DNA of 64,000 bases from positions 11,439,337-11,503,336 of the forward strand of contig CM082586.2 of NCBI GenBank assembly GCA_040954595.2. The letters are read 5' to 3'. Each line of letters opens with the position of its first letter. Position 1 is the stretch's first letter. The notes below the pieces were generated by a model that was not told the origin of the DNA, did no database searches, and worked only from the letters and a program-made list of their open reading frames with translations. Shown here one piece after another: positions 37,907 to 52,069 of this stretch. The position numbers and the translations under genes are program-made. Source of the stretch: Balanoglossus misakiensis (taxonomy: Eukaryota > Animalia > Hemichordata).

Positions 37907-40900
37907 AGGGCACAAGCGCCCTCAGGCGCTTGTGCCCTATTGGTATTGTTGGCTTTTTTCTTCTACTGATTTTTTTTCTTGTGCAGTTTTTTCGGCCACT
38001 TTGATCTTGAAAACGGCTGAACCTACAAATCTCAAACTTGGCACAGTGGTGCAGGCCTATGAGAGCTAGTGCAGTACCCTCGTGAATGTTTAATAAGTCA
38101 TGTGACCTGATGACCATATATGGGCAAAGTTTTCAAATGGGCCTAATTTGCATATGAATGGAAATATCAAAATTCTTTTAGCGATTTTTGCGGACCATGT
38201 GGTCAGTGTCCTACATGCCAAATGTCAAGGCCGTGGGTTAAGTCTATTTTGAGAAGAAGATTTTTTTATTTTTCATATTTTTGGACCCAGCCATGGGCCT
38301 ATACTTTCTATAGTTAAGCTATGACGCTATGTCCACGTCGGCTGTGCAATGGTCCTGTACAGTGACTCTTTATTGGCCCGTGAGCAGAATGGAACCACAA
38401 TAAAAGGCTAAATTTTGGGCTCACCTGTAACACCTGCTTAACTCATTAATTATGTGCATACTTAATTCCAGGATAACTAATACGGCTAGAGGTTTTGTTC
38501 TTGTGGGACATGGACCAGTATGGGATCAAAAATTGTTGCCCAAATTGTGGGTGACCTCAGGTGACCTTTGACCTACTTTCCTATATCTCGGCATCCACAG
38601 CAAGTACAGACTTGGCGTTTGGAGGGTTGTGACTAAAATTGAAAAGACAAAATTGGGGGCCACCTGTGACACCTGCATATTCATTAATTATGTGCATACC
38701 TAATTCCAGGCTAGCCAATAGGGCTAGAGGTTTGATTTTTGTTGAACATGGACCAGTATGGGGTTAACATTTCTTGCCTAATTTTGGGTGACCTCAGGTG
38801 ACCTTTGACCTAACTTTCTATATCTCGGCATCCAGATCAGGTACAGACTTGGCATTTGGAGGGATTGAACTCCCAATGGAGTCTTACACTTTACCTCAAA
38901 GTTGGGGGTCACCTGTGGCACCTGCTTATCTCATTAATTATGTGCATACCTAATTCCAGGCTAGAAAATAGGGCTAGAGGTTTGACTTTTGTTGAACATG
39001 GACCAGTATGGGGTTAAAATTTCTTGCCCAATTTTGGGTGACCTCAGGTGACCTTTGACCTACTTTACCATATCTCGGCATCCACAGCAGATACAGCCTT
39101 GGCATTTGGAGGGATGGAACTCCTGATGGAGCCTTACACTTTACCTCATTAATTATGCGCATATCTAATTCTAGGCGAACCAATAGGGCTAGAGGTCTGG
39201 TCTTTGTTGGACCTGGACTAGTATGGGGTCAAAAATTTTTGCCCAACTTTCGGGCGGCCTCAGGTGACCTTTGACCTACTTTCCTATATCTCGGCATCCA
39301 GAACAGGTACAGCTTTTGTGTTTGGATGGATCAAACTATTAATGGAGTCTTACACTTTACATCATTAATTATGTGCATATCTAATTTAAGACAAACCAAT
39401 AGGGCTAGAGGTCTGGTTTCTGTTGGACCTGGACTAGTATTGGGATCAAAACGTTTCGCCCAAATTTTGGGTGACCACATATGACCTTTGACCTTCGGCT
39501 TAAGCTTGTGCCCGTCATCGCTGCTTGCAGCTATATTTAGGGCCCAAGCCCAGCAGGCTTGGGCCCTATTGGTATTACTGGCTTTTTTTAGGGCCCAAGC
39601 GCTGCATACTATTGGTATTATCCTCTTTTTTAGGGCACAAGCCAAGCAGGCTTGTGCCCTATTGGTATTACTGGGGTTTTTCATCTTTTTTTAGGGCACA
39701 AGCGCCCTCAGGCGCTTGTGCCCTATTGGTATTACTGGGGTTTTTCATCTTTTTCTTCTTGTGTAGTTTTTTTGCTCAGGTAGATCTTGAAAACGGCTGA
39801 ACCTACAAATCTCAAACTTGGCACAATGGTGCAGGTCTATGAGAGCTTGTGCAGTATCCCTGTGAATGTTTAATTAGTCATGTGACCTGATGACCATATA
39901 TGGGCAAAGTTTTCAAATGGGCCTAATTTGCATATGAATGGAGATATTAAAATTCTTTTAGCGATTTTTGCAGACCATGTGGTCAGTGTCCTACATGCCA
40001 AATGTCAAGGCCGTGGGCCAAGTCTATTTTGAGAAGAAGATTTTTTTATTTTTCATATTTTTGAACCCAGCCATGGGCCTATACTTTCTATAGTTAAGCT
40101 ATGACGCTATGTCCACGTCGGCTGTGCAATGGTCCTGTACAGTGACTCTTTATTGGCCCGTGAGCAGAATGGAACCACAATAAAAGGCTAAATTTTGGGC
40201 TCACCTGTAACACCTGCTTAACTCATTAATTATGTGCATACCTAATTCCAGGATAACTAATACGGCTAGAGGTTTTGTTCTTGTGGGACATGGACCAGTA
40301 TGGGATCAAAAATTGTTGCCCAAATTTTGGGTGAACTCAGGTGACCTTTGACCTACTTTCCTATATCTCGGCATCCACAGCAAGTACAGACTTGGCGTTT
40401 GGAGGGTTGTGACTAAAATTGAAAAGACAAAATTGGGGGCCACCTGTGACACCTGCATATTCATTAATTATGTGCATACCTAATTCCAGGCTAGCCAATA
40501 GGGCTAGAGGTTTGATTTTTGTTGAACATGGACCAGTATGGGGTTAACATTTCTTGCCTAATTTTGGGTGACCTCAGGTGACCTTTGACCTAACTTTCTA
40601 TATCTCGGCATCCAGATCAGGTACAGACTTGGCATTTGGAGGGATTGAACTCCCAATGGAGTCTTACACTTTACCTCAAAGTTGGGGGTCACCTGTGGCA
40701 CCTGCTTATCTCATTAATTATGTGCATACCTAATTCCAGGCTAGAAAATAGGGCTAGAGGTTTGACTTTTGTTGAACATGGACCAGTATGGGGTTAAAAT
40801 TTCTTGCCCAATTTTGGGTGACCTCAGGTGACCTTTGACCTACTTTACCATATCTCGGCATCCACAGCAGATACAGCCTTGGCATTTGGAGGGATGGAAC

Positions 40901-43106
40901 TCCTGATGGAGCCTTACACTTTACCTCATTAATTATGCGCATATCTAATTCTAGGCGAACCAATAGGGCTAGAGGTCTGGTCTTTGTTGGACCTGGACTA
41001 GTATGGGGTCAAAAATTTTTGCCCAACTTTCGGGCGGCCTCAGGTGACCTTTGACCTACTTTCCTATATCTCGGCATCCAGAACAGGTACAGCTTTTGTG
41101 TTTGGATGGATCAAACTATTAATGGAGTCTTACACTTTACATCATTAATTATGTGCATATCTAATTTAAGACAAACCAATAGGGCTAGAGGTCTGGTTTC
41201 TGTTGGACCTGGACTAGTATTGGGATCAAAACGTTTCGCCCAAATTTTGGGTGACCACATATGACCTTTGACCTTCGGCTTAAGCTTGTGCCCGTCATCG
41301 CTGCTTGCAGCTATATTTAGGGCCCAAGCCCAGCAGGCTTGGGCCCTATTGGTATTACTGGCTTTTTTTAGGGCCCAAGCGCATGCAGCGCTTGGGCCCT
41401 ATTGGTATTATCCTCTTTTTTAGGGCACAAGCCAAGCAGGCTTGTGCCCTATTGGTATTACTGGGGTTTTTCATCTTTTTTTAGGGCACAAGCGCCCTCA
41501 GGCGCTTGTGCCCTATTGCTATTACTGGGGTTTTTCATCTTTTTCTTCTTGTGTAGTTTTTTTGCTCAGGTAGATCTTGAAAACGGCTGAACCTACAAAT
41601 CTCAAACTTGGCACAATGGTGCAGGTCTATGAGAGCTTGTGCAGTATCCCTGTGAATGTTTAATTAGTCATGTGACCTGATGACCATATATGGGCAAAGT
41701 TTTCAAATGGGCCTAATTTGCATATGAATGGAGATATCAAAATTCTTTTAGCGATTTTTGCAGACCATGTGGTCAGTGTCCTACATGCCAAATGTCAAGG
41801 CCGTGGGCCAAGTCTATTTTGAGAAGAAGATTTTTTTATTTTTCATATTTTTGAACCCAGCCATGGGCCTATACTTTCTATAGTTAAGCTATGACGCTAT
41901 GTCCACGTCGGCTGTGCAATGGTCCTGTACAGTGACTCTTTATTGGCCCGTGAGCAGAATGGAACCACAATAAAAGGCTAAATTTTGGGCTCACCTGTAA
42001 CACCTGCTTAACTCATTAATTATGTGCATACCTAATTCCAGGATAACTAATACGGCTAGAGGTTTTGTTCTTGTGGGACATGGACCAGTATGGGATCAAA
42101 AATTGTTGCCCAAATTTTGGGTGACCTCAGGTGACCTTTGACCTACTTTCCTATATCTCGGCATCCACAGCAAGTACAGACTTGGCGTTTGGAGGGTTGT
42201 GACTAAAATTGAAAAGACAAAATTGGGGGCCACCTGTGACACCTGCATATTCATTAATTATGTGCATACCTAATTCCAGGCTAGCCAATAGGGCTAGAGG
42301 TTTGATTTTTGTTGAACATGGACCAGTATGGGGTTAACATTTCTTGCCTAATTTTGGGTGACCTCAGGTGACCTTTGACCTAACTTTCTATATCTCGGCA
42401 TCCAGATCAGGTACAGACTTGGCATTTGGAGGGATTGAACTCCCAATGGAGTCTTACACTTTACCTCAAAGTTGGGGGTCACCTGTGGCACCTGCTTATC
42501 TCATTAATTATGTGCATACCTAATTCCAGGCTAGAAAATAGGGCTAGAGGTTTGACTTTTGTTGAACATGGACCAGTATGGGGTTAAAATTTCTTGCCCA
42601 ATTTTGGGTGACCTCAGGTGACCTTTGACCTACTTTACCATATCTCGGCATCCACAGCAGATACAGCCTTGGCATTTGGAGGGATGGAACTCCTGATGGA
42701 GCCTTACACTTTACCTCATTAATTATGCGCATATCTAATTCTAGGCGAACCAATAGGGCTAGAGGTCTGGTCTTTGTTGGACCTGGACTAGTATGGGGTC
42801 AAAAATTTTTGCCCAACTTTCGGGCGGCCTCAGGTGACCTTTGACCTACTTTCCTATATCTCGGCATCCAGAACAGGTACAGCTTTTGTGTTTGGATGGA
42901 TCAAACTATTAATGGAGTCTTACACTTTACATCATTAATTATGTGCATATCTAATTTAAGACAAACCAATAGGGCTAGAGGTCTGGTTTCTGTTGGACCT
43001 GGACTAGTATTGGGATCAAAACGTTTCGCCCAAATTTTGGGTGACCACATATGACCTTTGACCTTCGGCTTAAGCTTGTGCCCGTCATCGCTGCTTGCAG
43101 CTATAT
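37907..43106 (+). repeat. Three tandem type-A HINE units (period 1780-1790 bp)
   Basis: Identical spurious ORFs at 38974, 40754 and 42544, with identical tails. Confidence 0.93.
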
Positions 43107-46100
43107 TTAGGGCCCAAGCCCAGCAGGCTTGGGCCCTATTGGTATTACTGGCTTTTTTTAGGGCCCAAGCGCATGCAGCGCTTGGGCCCTATTGGTATTA
43201 TCCTCTTTTTTAGGGCACAAGCCAAGCAGGCTTGTGCCCTATTGGTATTACTGGGGTTTTTCATCTTTTTTTAGGGCACAAGCGCCCTCAGGCGCTTGTG
43301 CCCTATTGCTATTACTGGGGTTTTTCATCTTTTTCTTCTTGTGTAGTTTTTTTGCTCAGGTAGATCTTGAAAACGGCTGAACCTACAAATCTCAAACTTG
43401 GCACAATGGTGCAGGTCTATGAGAGCTTGTGCAGTATCCCTGTGAATGTTTAATTAGTCATGTGACCTGATGACCATATATGGGCAAAGTTTTCAAATGG
43501 GCCTAATTTGCATATGAATGGAGATATCAAAATTCTTTTAGCGATTTTTGCAGACCATGTGGTCAGTGTCCTACATGCCAAATGTCAAGGCCGTGGGCCA
43601 AGTCTATTTTGAGAAGAAGATTTTTTTATTTTTCATATTTTTGAACCCAGCCATGGGCCTATACTTTCTATAGTTAAGCTATGACGCTATGTCCATGTCG
43701 GCTGTGCATTGGTCCTGTACAGTGACTCTCTATTGGCCCGTGAGCAGAATGGCACCACAATAAAAGGCAAAGTTTTGGGATCACCTGTAACACCTGCTTA
43801 ACTCATTAATTATGTGCATACCTAATTCCAGGCTAACTAATAAGGCTAGAGGTTTTGTTCTTGTGGGACATGGATCAGTATGGCATCAAAAATTTTTGCC
43901 CAAATTTTGGGTGACCTCAGGTGACCTTTGACCTACTTTCCTATATCTCAGCATCCACAGCAGGCACTGACTTGGCGTTTGGAGGGTTGTGACTAAAATT
44001 GAAAAGACAAAATTAGGGGTCACCTGTGACACCTGCGTAACTCTATTATGTGCATGCGTAATTGTGGGGTCAATGAAAGGGATGCTAGCATGGTATTTGT
44101 TGCACATGGATCAATATGAAGTCCGATTTTCCTGTCAAGTTGTGGGCGACCTTATGTGATATTTCACCTACTTTTGCTTAGTGAATAACAGCAGATGCAT
44201 GCAGCTTTGGCGTGGTGGGGGGGGGGTATACGGATGGGACCATAATGATATACCAAAGGCGGGGTCACCCGTTGCACCTGCCGAAGTCATTGATTTTGTA
44301 CATTTAATTGGACACTAACCAACAGGGCGATATGTGTGGTTTTTGTTCCACACGGACGAATGTAAGTGTCAGTTGGTTTTTGCCCAAATGTATAAGGTGA
44401 TTTGGATGACCTCTGTCGTACAGTGCCATATCTCAGCACGTTGTGCAGGTGCAGCTTTGGTATTTGGAAGGATGAAACTATCATGAAATGCCAAATACAT
44501 GGGGATACCTGTGACACCTGCTTGATTTGTGTATTCCGTGCATACCTAATGGTAGGCAAAGTGAAAGGGCTGCAAATGTAGGATTTGTTGCACATGACAT
44601 AAACAGGAATGAAAATTTTTTGTCAAATATTTGGTTGACCTCAGGTGTCAATTGACCTGCTTTCCATATGTTAGCATGCACATCATATATAGCCAGGTGT
44701 TTGGAGGGGTAGGGTAGGACCTCTGCGTCATGAAATGCTAAATTCCTGGGGCCACCTGTAACTTACTTGCGTAACTCATTTTATGGTCATATCTGATTTG
44801 ACCAACCCAACGGGCAAGGATTTTCCGTTGTCTTGAATATGAACCAAATTTTTGGTCCAATTTTTGGGTACCCTCAACTGACCTTTGAAGTACTTACTGA
44901 AGTACTTACAACGTAGAAGTTCACCTTTGGTTGTTGTTTTTGTACTTGTACGACATGCATTTCAGGTGGTTGCCTACTTCCCCATATCTCAACATCGAGA
45001 GCAAATACAGCCTACGCATTTGAATGGTACAACCCTGAATGGAGTCTAATGGTTATTAACTCTATGCTTGGGCCCCTTCAATGCTGCTTGCAGCTTTAAT
45101 TTTTTTTTTTCTTGTGTAGTTTTTTTGCTCAGGTAGATCTTGAAAACGGTTGAACCTACAAATCTCAAACTTGGCACAATGGTGCAGGCCTATGAGAGCT
45201 GGTGCAGTATCCCTGTGAATGTTTAATTAGTCATGTGACCTGATGACCATATATGGGCAAAGTTTTCAAATGGGCCTAATTTGCATATGAATGGAGATAT
45301 CAAAATTTTTTTAGCGATTTTTGCAGACCATGTGGTCAGTGTCCTACATGCCAAATGTCAAGGCCGTGGGCCAAGTCTATTTTGAGAAGAAGATTTTTTT
45401 ATTTTTCATATTTTTGAACCCAGCCATGGGCCTATACTTTCTATAGTTAAGCTATGACGCTATGTCCATGTCGGCTGTGCATTGGTCCTGTACAGTGACT
45501 CTCTATTGGCCCGTGAGCAGAATGGCACCACAATAAAAGGCAAAGTTTTGGGATCACCTGTAACACCTGCTTAACTCATTAATTATGTGCATACCTAATT
45601 CCAGGCTAACTAATAAGGCTAGAGGTTTTGTTCTTGTGGGACATGGATCAGTATGGCATCAAAAATTTTTGCCCTAATTTTGGGTGACCTCAGGTGACCT
45701 TTGACCTACTTTCCTATATCTCAGCATCCACAGCAGGCACTGACTTGGCGTTTGGAGGGTTGTGACTAAAATTGAAAAGACAAAATTAGGGGTCACCTGT
45801 GACACCTGCGTAACTCTATTATGTGCATGCGTAATTGTGGGGTCAATGAAAGGGATGCTAGCATGGTATTTGTTGCACATGGATCAATACGAAGTCAGAT
45901 TTTCCTGTCAAGTTGTGGGCGACCTTATGTGATATTTCACCTACTTTTGCTTAGTGAATAACAGCAGATGCATGCAGCTTTGGCGTGGTGGGGGGGGGGG
46001 GGGTATACGGATGGGACCATAATGATATACCAAAGGCGGAGTCACCCGTTGCACCTGCCGAAGTCATTGATTTTGTACATTTAATTGGACACTAACCAAC

Positions 46101-48653
46101 AGGGCGATATGTGTGGTTTTTGTTCCACACGGACGAATGTAAGTGTCAGTTGGTTTTTGCCCAAATGTATAAGGTGATTTGGATGACCTCTGTCGTACAG
46201 TGCCATATCTCAGCACGTTGTGCAGGTGCAGCTTTGGTATTTGTAGGGATGAAACTATCATGAAATGCCAAATACATGGGGATACCTGTGACACCTGCTT
46301 GATTTGTGTATTGCGTGCATACCTAATGGTAGGCAAAGTGAAAGGGCTGCAAATGTAGGATTTGTTGCACATGACATAAACAGGAATGAAAATTTTTTGT
46401 CAAATATTTGGTTGACCTCAGGTGTCAATTGACCTGCTTTCCATATGTTAGCATGCAAATCATATATAGCCAGGTGTTTGGAGGGGTAGGGTAGGACCTC
46501 TGCGTCATGAAATGCTAAATTCCTGGGGCCACCTGTAACTTACTTGCGTAACTCATTTTATGGTCATATCTGATTTGACCAACCCAACGGGCAAGGATTT
46601 TCCGTTGTCTTGAATATGAACCAAATTTTTGGTCCAATTTTTGGGTACCCTCAACTGACCTTTGAAGTACTTACTGAAGTACTTACAACGTAGAAGTTCA
46701 CCTTTGGTTGTTGTTTTTGTACTTGTACGACATGCATTTCAGGTGGTTGCCTACTTCCCCATATCTCAACATCGAGAGCAAATACAGCCTACGCATTTGA
46801 ATGGTACAACCCTGAATGGAGTCTAATGGTTATTAACTCTATGCTTGGGCCCCTTCAATGCTGCTTGCAGCTTTAATTTTTTTTTTTCTTGTGTAGTTTT
46901 TTTGCTCAGGTAGATCTTGAAAACGGTTGAACCTACAAATCTCAAACTTGGCACAATGGTGCAGGCCTATGAGAGCTGGTGCAGTATCCCTGTGAATGTT
47001 TAATTAGTCATGTGACCTGATGACCATATATGGGCAAAGTTTTCAAATGGGCCTAATTTGCATATGAATGGAGATATCAAAATTTTTTTAGCGATTTTTG
47101 CAGACCATGTGGTCAGTGTCCTACATGCCAAATGTCAAGGCCGTGGGCCAAGTCTATTTTGAGAAGAAGATTTTTTTATTTTTCATATTTTTGAACCCAG
47201 CCATGGGCCTATACTTTCTATAGTTAAGCTATGACGCTATGTCCATGTCGGCTGTGCATTGGTCCTGTACAGTGACTCTCTATTGGCCCGTGAGCAGAAT
47301 GGCACCACAATAAAAGGCAAAGTTTTGGGATCACCTGTAACACCTGCTTAACTCATTAATTATGTGCATACCTAATTCCAGGCTAACTAATAAGGCTAGA
47401 GGTTTTGTTCTTGTGGGACATGGATCAGTATGGCATCAAAAATTTTTGCCCTAATTTTGGGTGACCTCAGGTGACCTTTGACCTACTTTCCTATATCTCA
47501 GCATCCACAGCAGGCACTGACTTGGCGTTTGGAGGGTTGTGACTAAAATTGAAAAGACAAAATTAGGGGTCACCTGTGACACCTGCGTAACTCTATTATG
47601 TGCATGCGTAATTGTGGGGTCAATGAAAGGGATGCTAGCATGGTATTTGTTGCACATGGATCAATACGAAGTCAGATTTTCCTGTCAAGTTGTGGGCGAC
47701 CTTATGTGATATTTCACCTACTTTTGCTTAGTGAATAACAGCAGATGCATGCAGCTTTGGCGTGGTGGGGGGGGGGGGGGTATACGGATGGGACCATAAT
47801 GATATACCAAAGGCGGGGTCACCCGTTGCACCTGCCGAAGTCATTGATTTTGTACATTTAATTGGACACTAACCAACAGGGCGATATGTGTGGTTTTTGT
47901 TCCACACGGACGAATGTAAGTGTCAGTTGGTTTTTGCCCAAATGTATAAGGTGATTTGGATGACCTCTGTCGTACAGTGCCATATCTCAGCACGTTGTGC
48001 AGGTGCAGCTTTGGTATTTGGAGGGATGAAACTATCATGAAATGCCAAATACATGGGGATACCTGTGACACCTGCTTGATTTGTGTATTGCGTGCATACC
48101 TAATGGTAGGCAAAGTGAAAGGGCTGCAAATGTAGGATTTGTTGCACATGACATAAACAGGAATGAAAATTTTTTGTCAAATATTTGGTTGACCTCAGGT
48201 GTCAATTGACCTGCTTTCCATATGTTAGCATGCAAATCATATATAGCCAGGTGTTTGGAGGGGTAGGGTAGGACCTCTGCGTCATGAAATGCTAAATTCC
48301 TGGGGCCACCTGTAACTTACTTGCGTAACTCATTTTATGGTCATATCTAATTTGACCAACCCAACGGGCAAGGATTTTCCGTTGTCTTGAATATGAACCA
48401 AATTTTTGGTCCAATTTTTGGGTACCCTCAACTGACCTTTGAAGTACTTCTGAAGTACTTACAACGTAGAAGTTCACCTTTGGTTGTTGTTTTTGTACTT
48501 GTACGACATGCATTTCAGGTGGTTGCCTACTTCCCCATATCTCAACATCGAGAGCAAATACAGCCTACGCATTTGAATGGTACAACCCTGAATGGAGTCT
48601 AATGGTTATTAACTCTATGCTTGGGCCCCTTCAATGCTGCTTGCAGCTTTAAT
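43107..48653 (+). repeat. Three tandem type-B HINE units (period ~1777 bp)
   Basis: Matching spurious ORFs at 44287, 46064 and 47841; tail atgcttgggccccttcaatgctgcttgcagctttaat. Confidence 0.93.
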
Positions 48654-49269
48654 TTTTTTTTTCTTGTGTAGTTTTTTTGCTCAGGTAGATCTTGAAAACG
48701 GTTGAACCTACAAATCTCAAACTTGGCACAATGGTGCAGGCCTATGAGAGCTGGTGCAGTATCCCTGTGAATGTTTAATTAGTCATGTGACCTGATGACC
48801 ATATATGGGCAAAGTTTTCAAATGGGCCTAATTTGCATATGAATGGAGATATCAAAATTCTTTTAGCGATTTTTGCAGACCATGTGGTCAGTGTCCTACA
48901 TGCCAAATGTCAAGGCCGTGGGCCAAGTCTATTTTGAGAAGAAGATTTTTTATTTTTCATATTTTTATACCTGGCCATAGGCCTATATTTTCTATAGTTA
49001 AAGGCGCCTAAGCTGCAACGGTTTACACTTAATTTTGCCAAAAATAACCCCCAAATGTCGCTTACATTGTTTGAATCCATACAATTAAGCGGTATACCCT
49101 TCAACTACCACACTGGGACATCCAGTGCGAAAGAAATTCACGATTTTCGAAAACGCAGCCACGTGACCAGGAACACAAGAAATGCCGCGTCAAACGGAGA
49201 ACGAGATCCCGATCTTACTGCGTGATACGGCGTGATGTGAGCGTGACCTTTATTCGCAACTCAACAACA

Positions 49270-51316
49270 ATGGACGCACCATATGAGGTAACGTATGTCC
49301 ATTTTGTAAACAAACTCACGTGTTTTCTGCCTCCTCAAACCTCGTTTTTTATTGCTAAATGTTCTTCAGTTCGATGTTTCACTTGAACAAAGATGATATT
49401 ACTACAGTTTTAGGCTTGATCGATCAAATGTCAAGGAACCAGAGCTTGTTATGCTCGTCGCCATACATACGCGTTTATGGCTTACGCTACTCTCGGTCCC
49501 ATCGTGGTTCGTGTGGAATACGAGGTGGTTTCGCATATTTTTTACATGACTAGTAATTCGTTTTGAATCTGGATTTACTCAGAAATGTTGTTAGTTTGTA
49601 ATATGGCGTTTGGGTTGTGTAGTTACGATCGTATTCGCGTATTTGTGACATGAGCATCGACCTCTGTGTGTTCCGGTGTTTCACGGCCGTGTATAGCCGG
49701 AAACACACATACCTATAGTATGGCTAAATGTGTTTCCGCTGTACGCCCGGGCGGTTCAGTTTAATAGTGAACAATCTTAGTAATATCCGTGAATTTCCGA
49801 ATCATAAGGCAAAACGGACCACTTTCTATTCAAGGCAAAGAACACGTGGCATACAACAAGTGACGTTGTTTGCACTGACTATAACGTTGCTATGGCGATA
49901 CCATAATAAAGACAAACATGCTGTCCTTTTGCTAGGGGATTTAGATTGGATGGAAGTAGAATGGCATGGGAAATTTACTGACGGATTTACCACACTCTTT
50001 GTGTGGATTATTATGGCAAAGGCCACCTTTTTATCAAGTGGCTTAGGGAAAATATCAATGTTATGTTTCTACTCTGCCCACTCTCTGAAAGTTTTCTTGT
50101 TCACTCATTTTGCAGGCATCTTCTGACAGTTCACAAACTGAATTTCAAACTGAATTTCAAACAAGAGGGAATCAAAGGGGCAGGGTGAGAGGTTCAACAA
50201 GAGGACAGAGAAGTAGGGGGAGAGGCAGAGGAAGAGGAAGAGGAAGAGGTGATACAAGAGCAGATGAAGCTTTACGAGATGTGCAGGAAAGAAAAAATAC
50301 TGTTTGCGTAAGTAAAAATTTGCTTTGATAATAATCGGACATAAACTGACATCAGCTTATAGCCTTCACCGTAATAATAATAATAATAATAATATCTAAT
50401 TTTCAGGAAATGTTGCAGAAAATGACGCAAGAACAGATGCATGATCTGTTGTTGCAGGTGGTAGAGAGAGACATCAGTCTAGTGTTTGATTTGGCAGTGC
50501 CGTGTCAGGATAATGAAGAAGGTTACCATCCTAAACCATCAACAAACACTCCAGAATGGTGTATATGTGAAAACTGCAGGCAGATGCCAACACTTCCAGA
50601 GAGGAAATGTTGTGGGAAGCTGCCCGAGTTTTGTATATCTAGATTACCTGTAAGTATGTTTATGAACTGAATGCACAACAGCTTGTTGTCCACATTTTTC
50701 AAGAACAAAAATCAGCGTACAAGATATGAAGATATTAATTTTCTCTTTTAACCTGATTTTCCCTGCCCATGCTCACGTGTAGGTTCTGAATTTACAATTC
50801 AAGGTAGCGAGTTGACAAAGACATTTGCACCAATGTTTAACTAGAAAAACACCGACACCCCCCCCCCCCCCATTTGGGAGATAAATAGGTGGGATTTGAT
50901 CCTGTGATAGTTTGTGCAGGCGTAGTTAGGCATGTGTACATAAAATTCATATTTCAGTGTTTCAAAGGTACAAAAACTTTCAGAAGACTGATATTGCTAC
51001 ATTGCAACATTTCTTCGAAAAATATTCATTGAAACAATTCATATTTTCCCAGGATTTCAGAGTCATCTGCTTACATGAAGGGGTATTGGCAGTAGCTCGG
51101 GCCTACAGAATGGATATCATGGCTACTAATGATTTCGATGATTACAATAAGTGCAACAGGCATGCTGCCTACCGCCAGTTTATTTTGTGGCAGCACGGAA
51201 AACTGGGAGCTGGCAACCGGAAAGTTATCGCGAGCTGTTGTGTTTGGGGTATACGGGATAAATACCCTGACAACTTCGGACAGTACACAGGGTTTATCCC
51301 AACCCGTTTTGCGTGA
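49270..51316 (+). CDS. KolX-like / P2X7 C-terminal ballast-like Cys-rich protein, 4 exons, ~238 aa
   Basis: Predicted exons 49270-49287, 50116-50307, 50407-50649 and 51053-51316, all with GT-AG phase-0 introns. Motifs WCICENCRQMPT..ERKCC, F..ICL, RHAAYRQFILWQHGKLGAGNRKVIASCCVWGIRDKYP..GQYTGF. AATAAA at ~51579. Exon 1 is the least certain. Confidence 0.85.
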
Positions 51317-51849
51317 AGTAACAACATGATTTTATTTACAATTTTTTCCTTATATTTTCCACTACCTCATTTTACGCAATTATTGATTTTAAGATCGAAA
51401 GAACTCAGGGTTTATGCAGGGAATGCATAATTTTATTTACATATAAGTACTATTTAGTTTGTTTTACGTTAGCTTATTTTTCTTTCTTTTTTTCTTATTT
51501 TGAATGTTTATTATCTTATTTATTGTGAAAAAAGTGACAACTTTTGTTATGTTTGAAACAGTAATTATGTTTATTGAAAATAAAGTTTCTTTTTAAAATG
51601 TATATAATTGTTGTTGTTTTTTGGTAAAACAGACTACATCTCTACTAAAAGGTAACTAAATTCATGTAGAATATATCACAGGTTGCATTGACAAGCAGGT
51701 AAGACTTTGTTTCATATCTGACAATGATTATCAGACAATCACTTTCACAGAAAACACAAATATCACTGTTTTAAAGGGGGGAAAAGGCAAAAATTGCTAC
51801 AAGATTATATAAATTCTAATTTTGCAACCATTTGAAATAACCATGGTGA

Positions 51850-52030
51850 CTCAAATCACAATTTTCACATTTTAAAGCTCATTTGCATAGTTTTGCAGAT
51901 GACAACTTCAGTTGAACAAACTACCATCTACAGCCCGTCCTGCATCTTCACACCAAATATCGAGTTGGTATACCAAGCACTTTCAATTTTTGTTATGTGG
52001 ACAGACATAACCCATTCCATAAGGTCCCAC
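51850..52030 (-). mobile_element. Diverged fragment of the 5' region of a HINE related to 30232-31981
   Basis: The reverse complement (tgggaccttatggaatgggtt...gtccacat...atatttggtgtg..gggctgtagatgg) aligns by eye with 30264-30470. Confidence 0.75.
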
Positions 52031-52069
52031 ACACACACACGAAATGGGACAGATCAAATACATATCAGA

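Noticed and set aside
38100-38135. ctgatga-ccatatatgg-gcaaa as a hammerhead ribozyme core
   Set aside because: The GAAA after stem II is missing (GCAAA), and no convincing stems I/III with an NUH site were found by eye.
37905-48602. Repeated ORFs in the 1.78-kb units (MVRLELDM..., MCNKSYIC...)
   Set aside because: They are identical only because the DNA is recently duplicated; there are no Rep/helicase or other domain motifs.
50407-51316. A host P2X7 receptor gene
   Set aside because: Only the ballast-like Cys-rich region is present, with no transmembrane or ectodomain exons, and it lies inside TIRs and a TTAA TSD.
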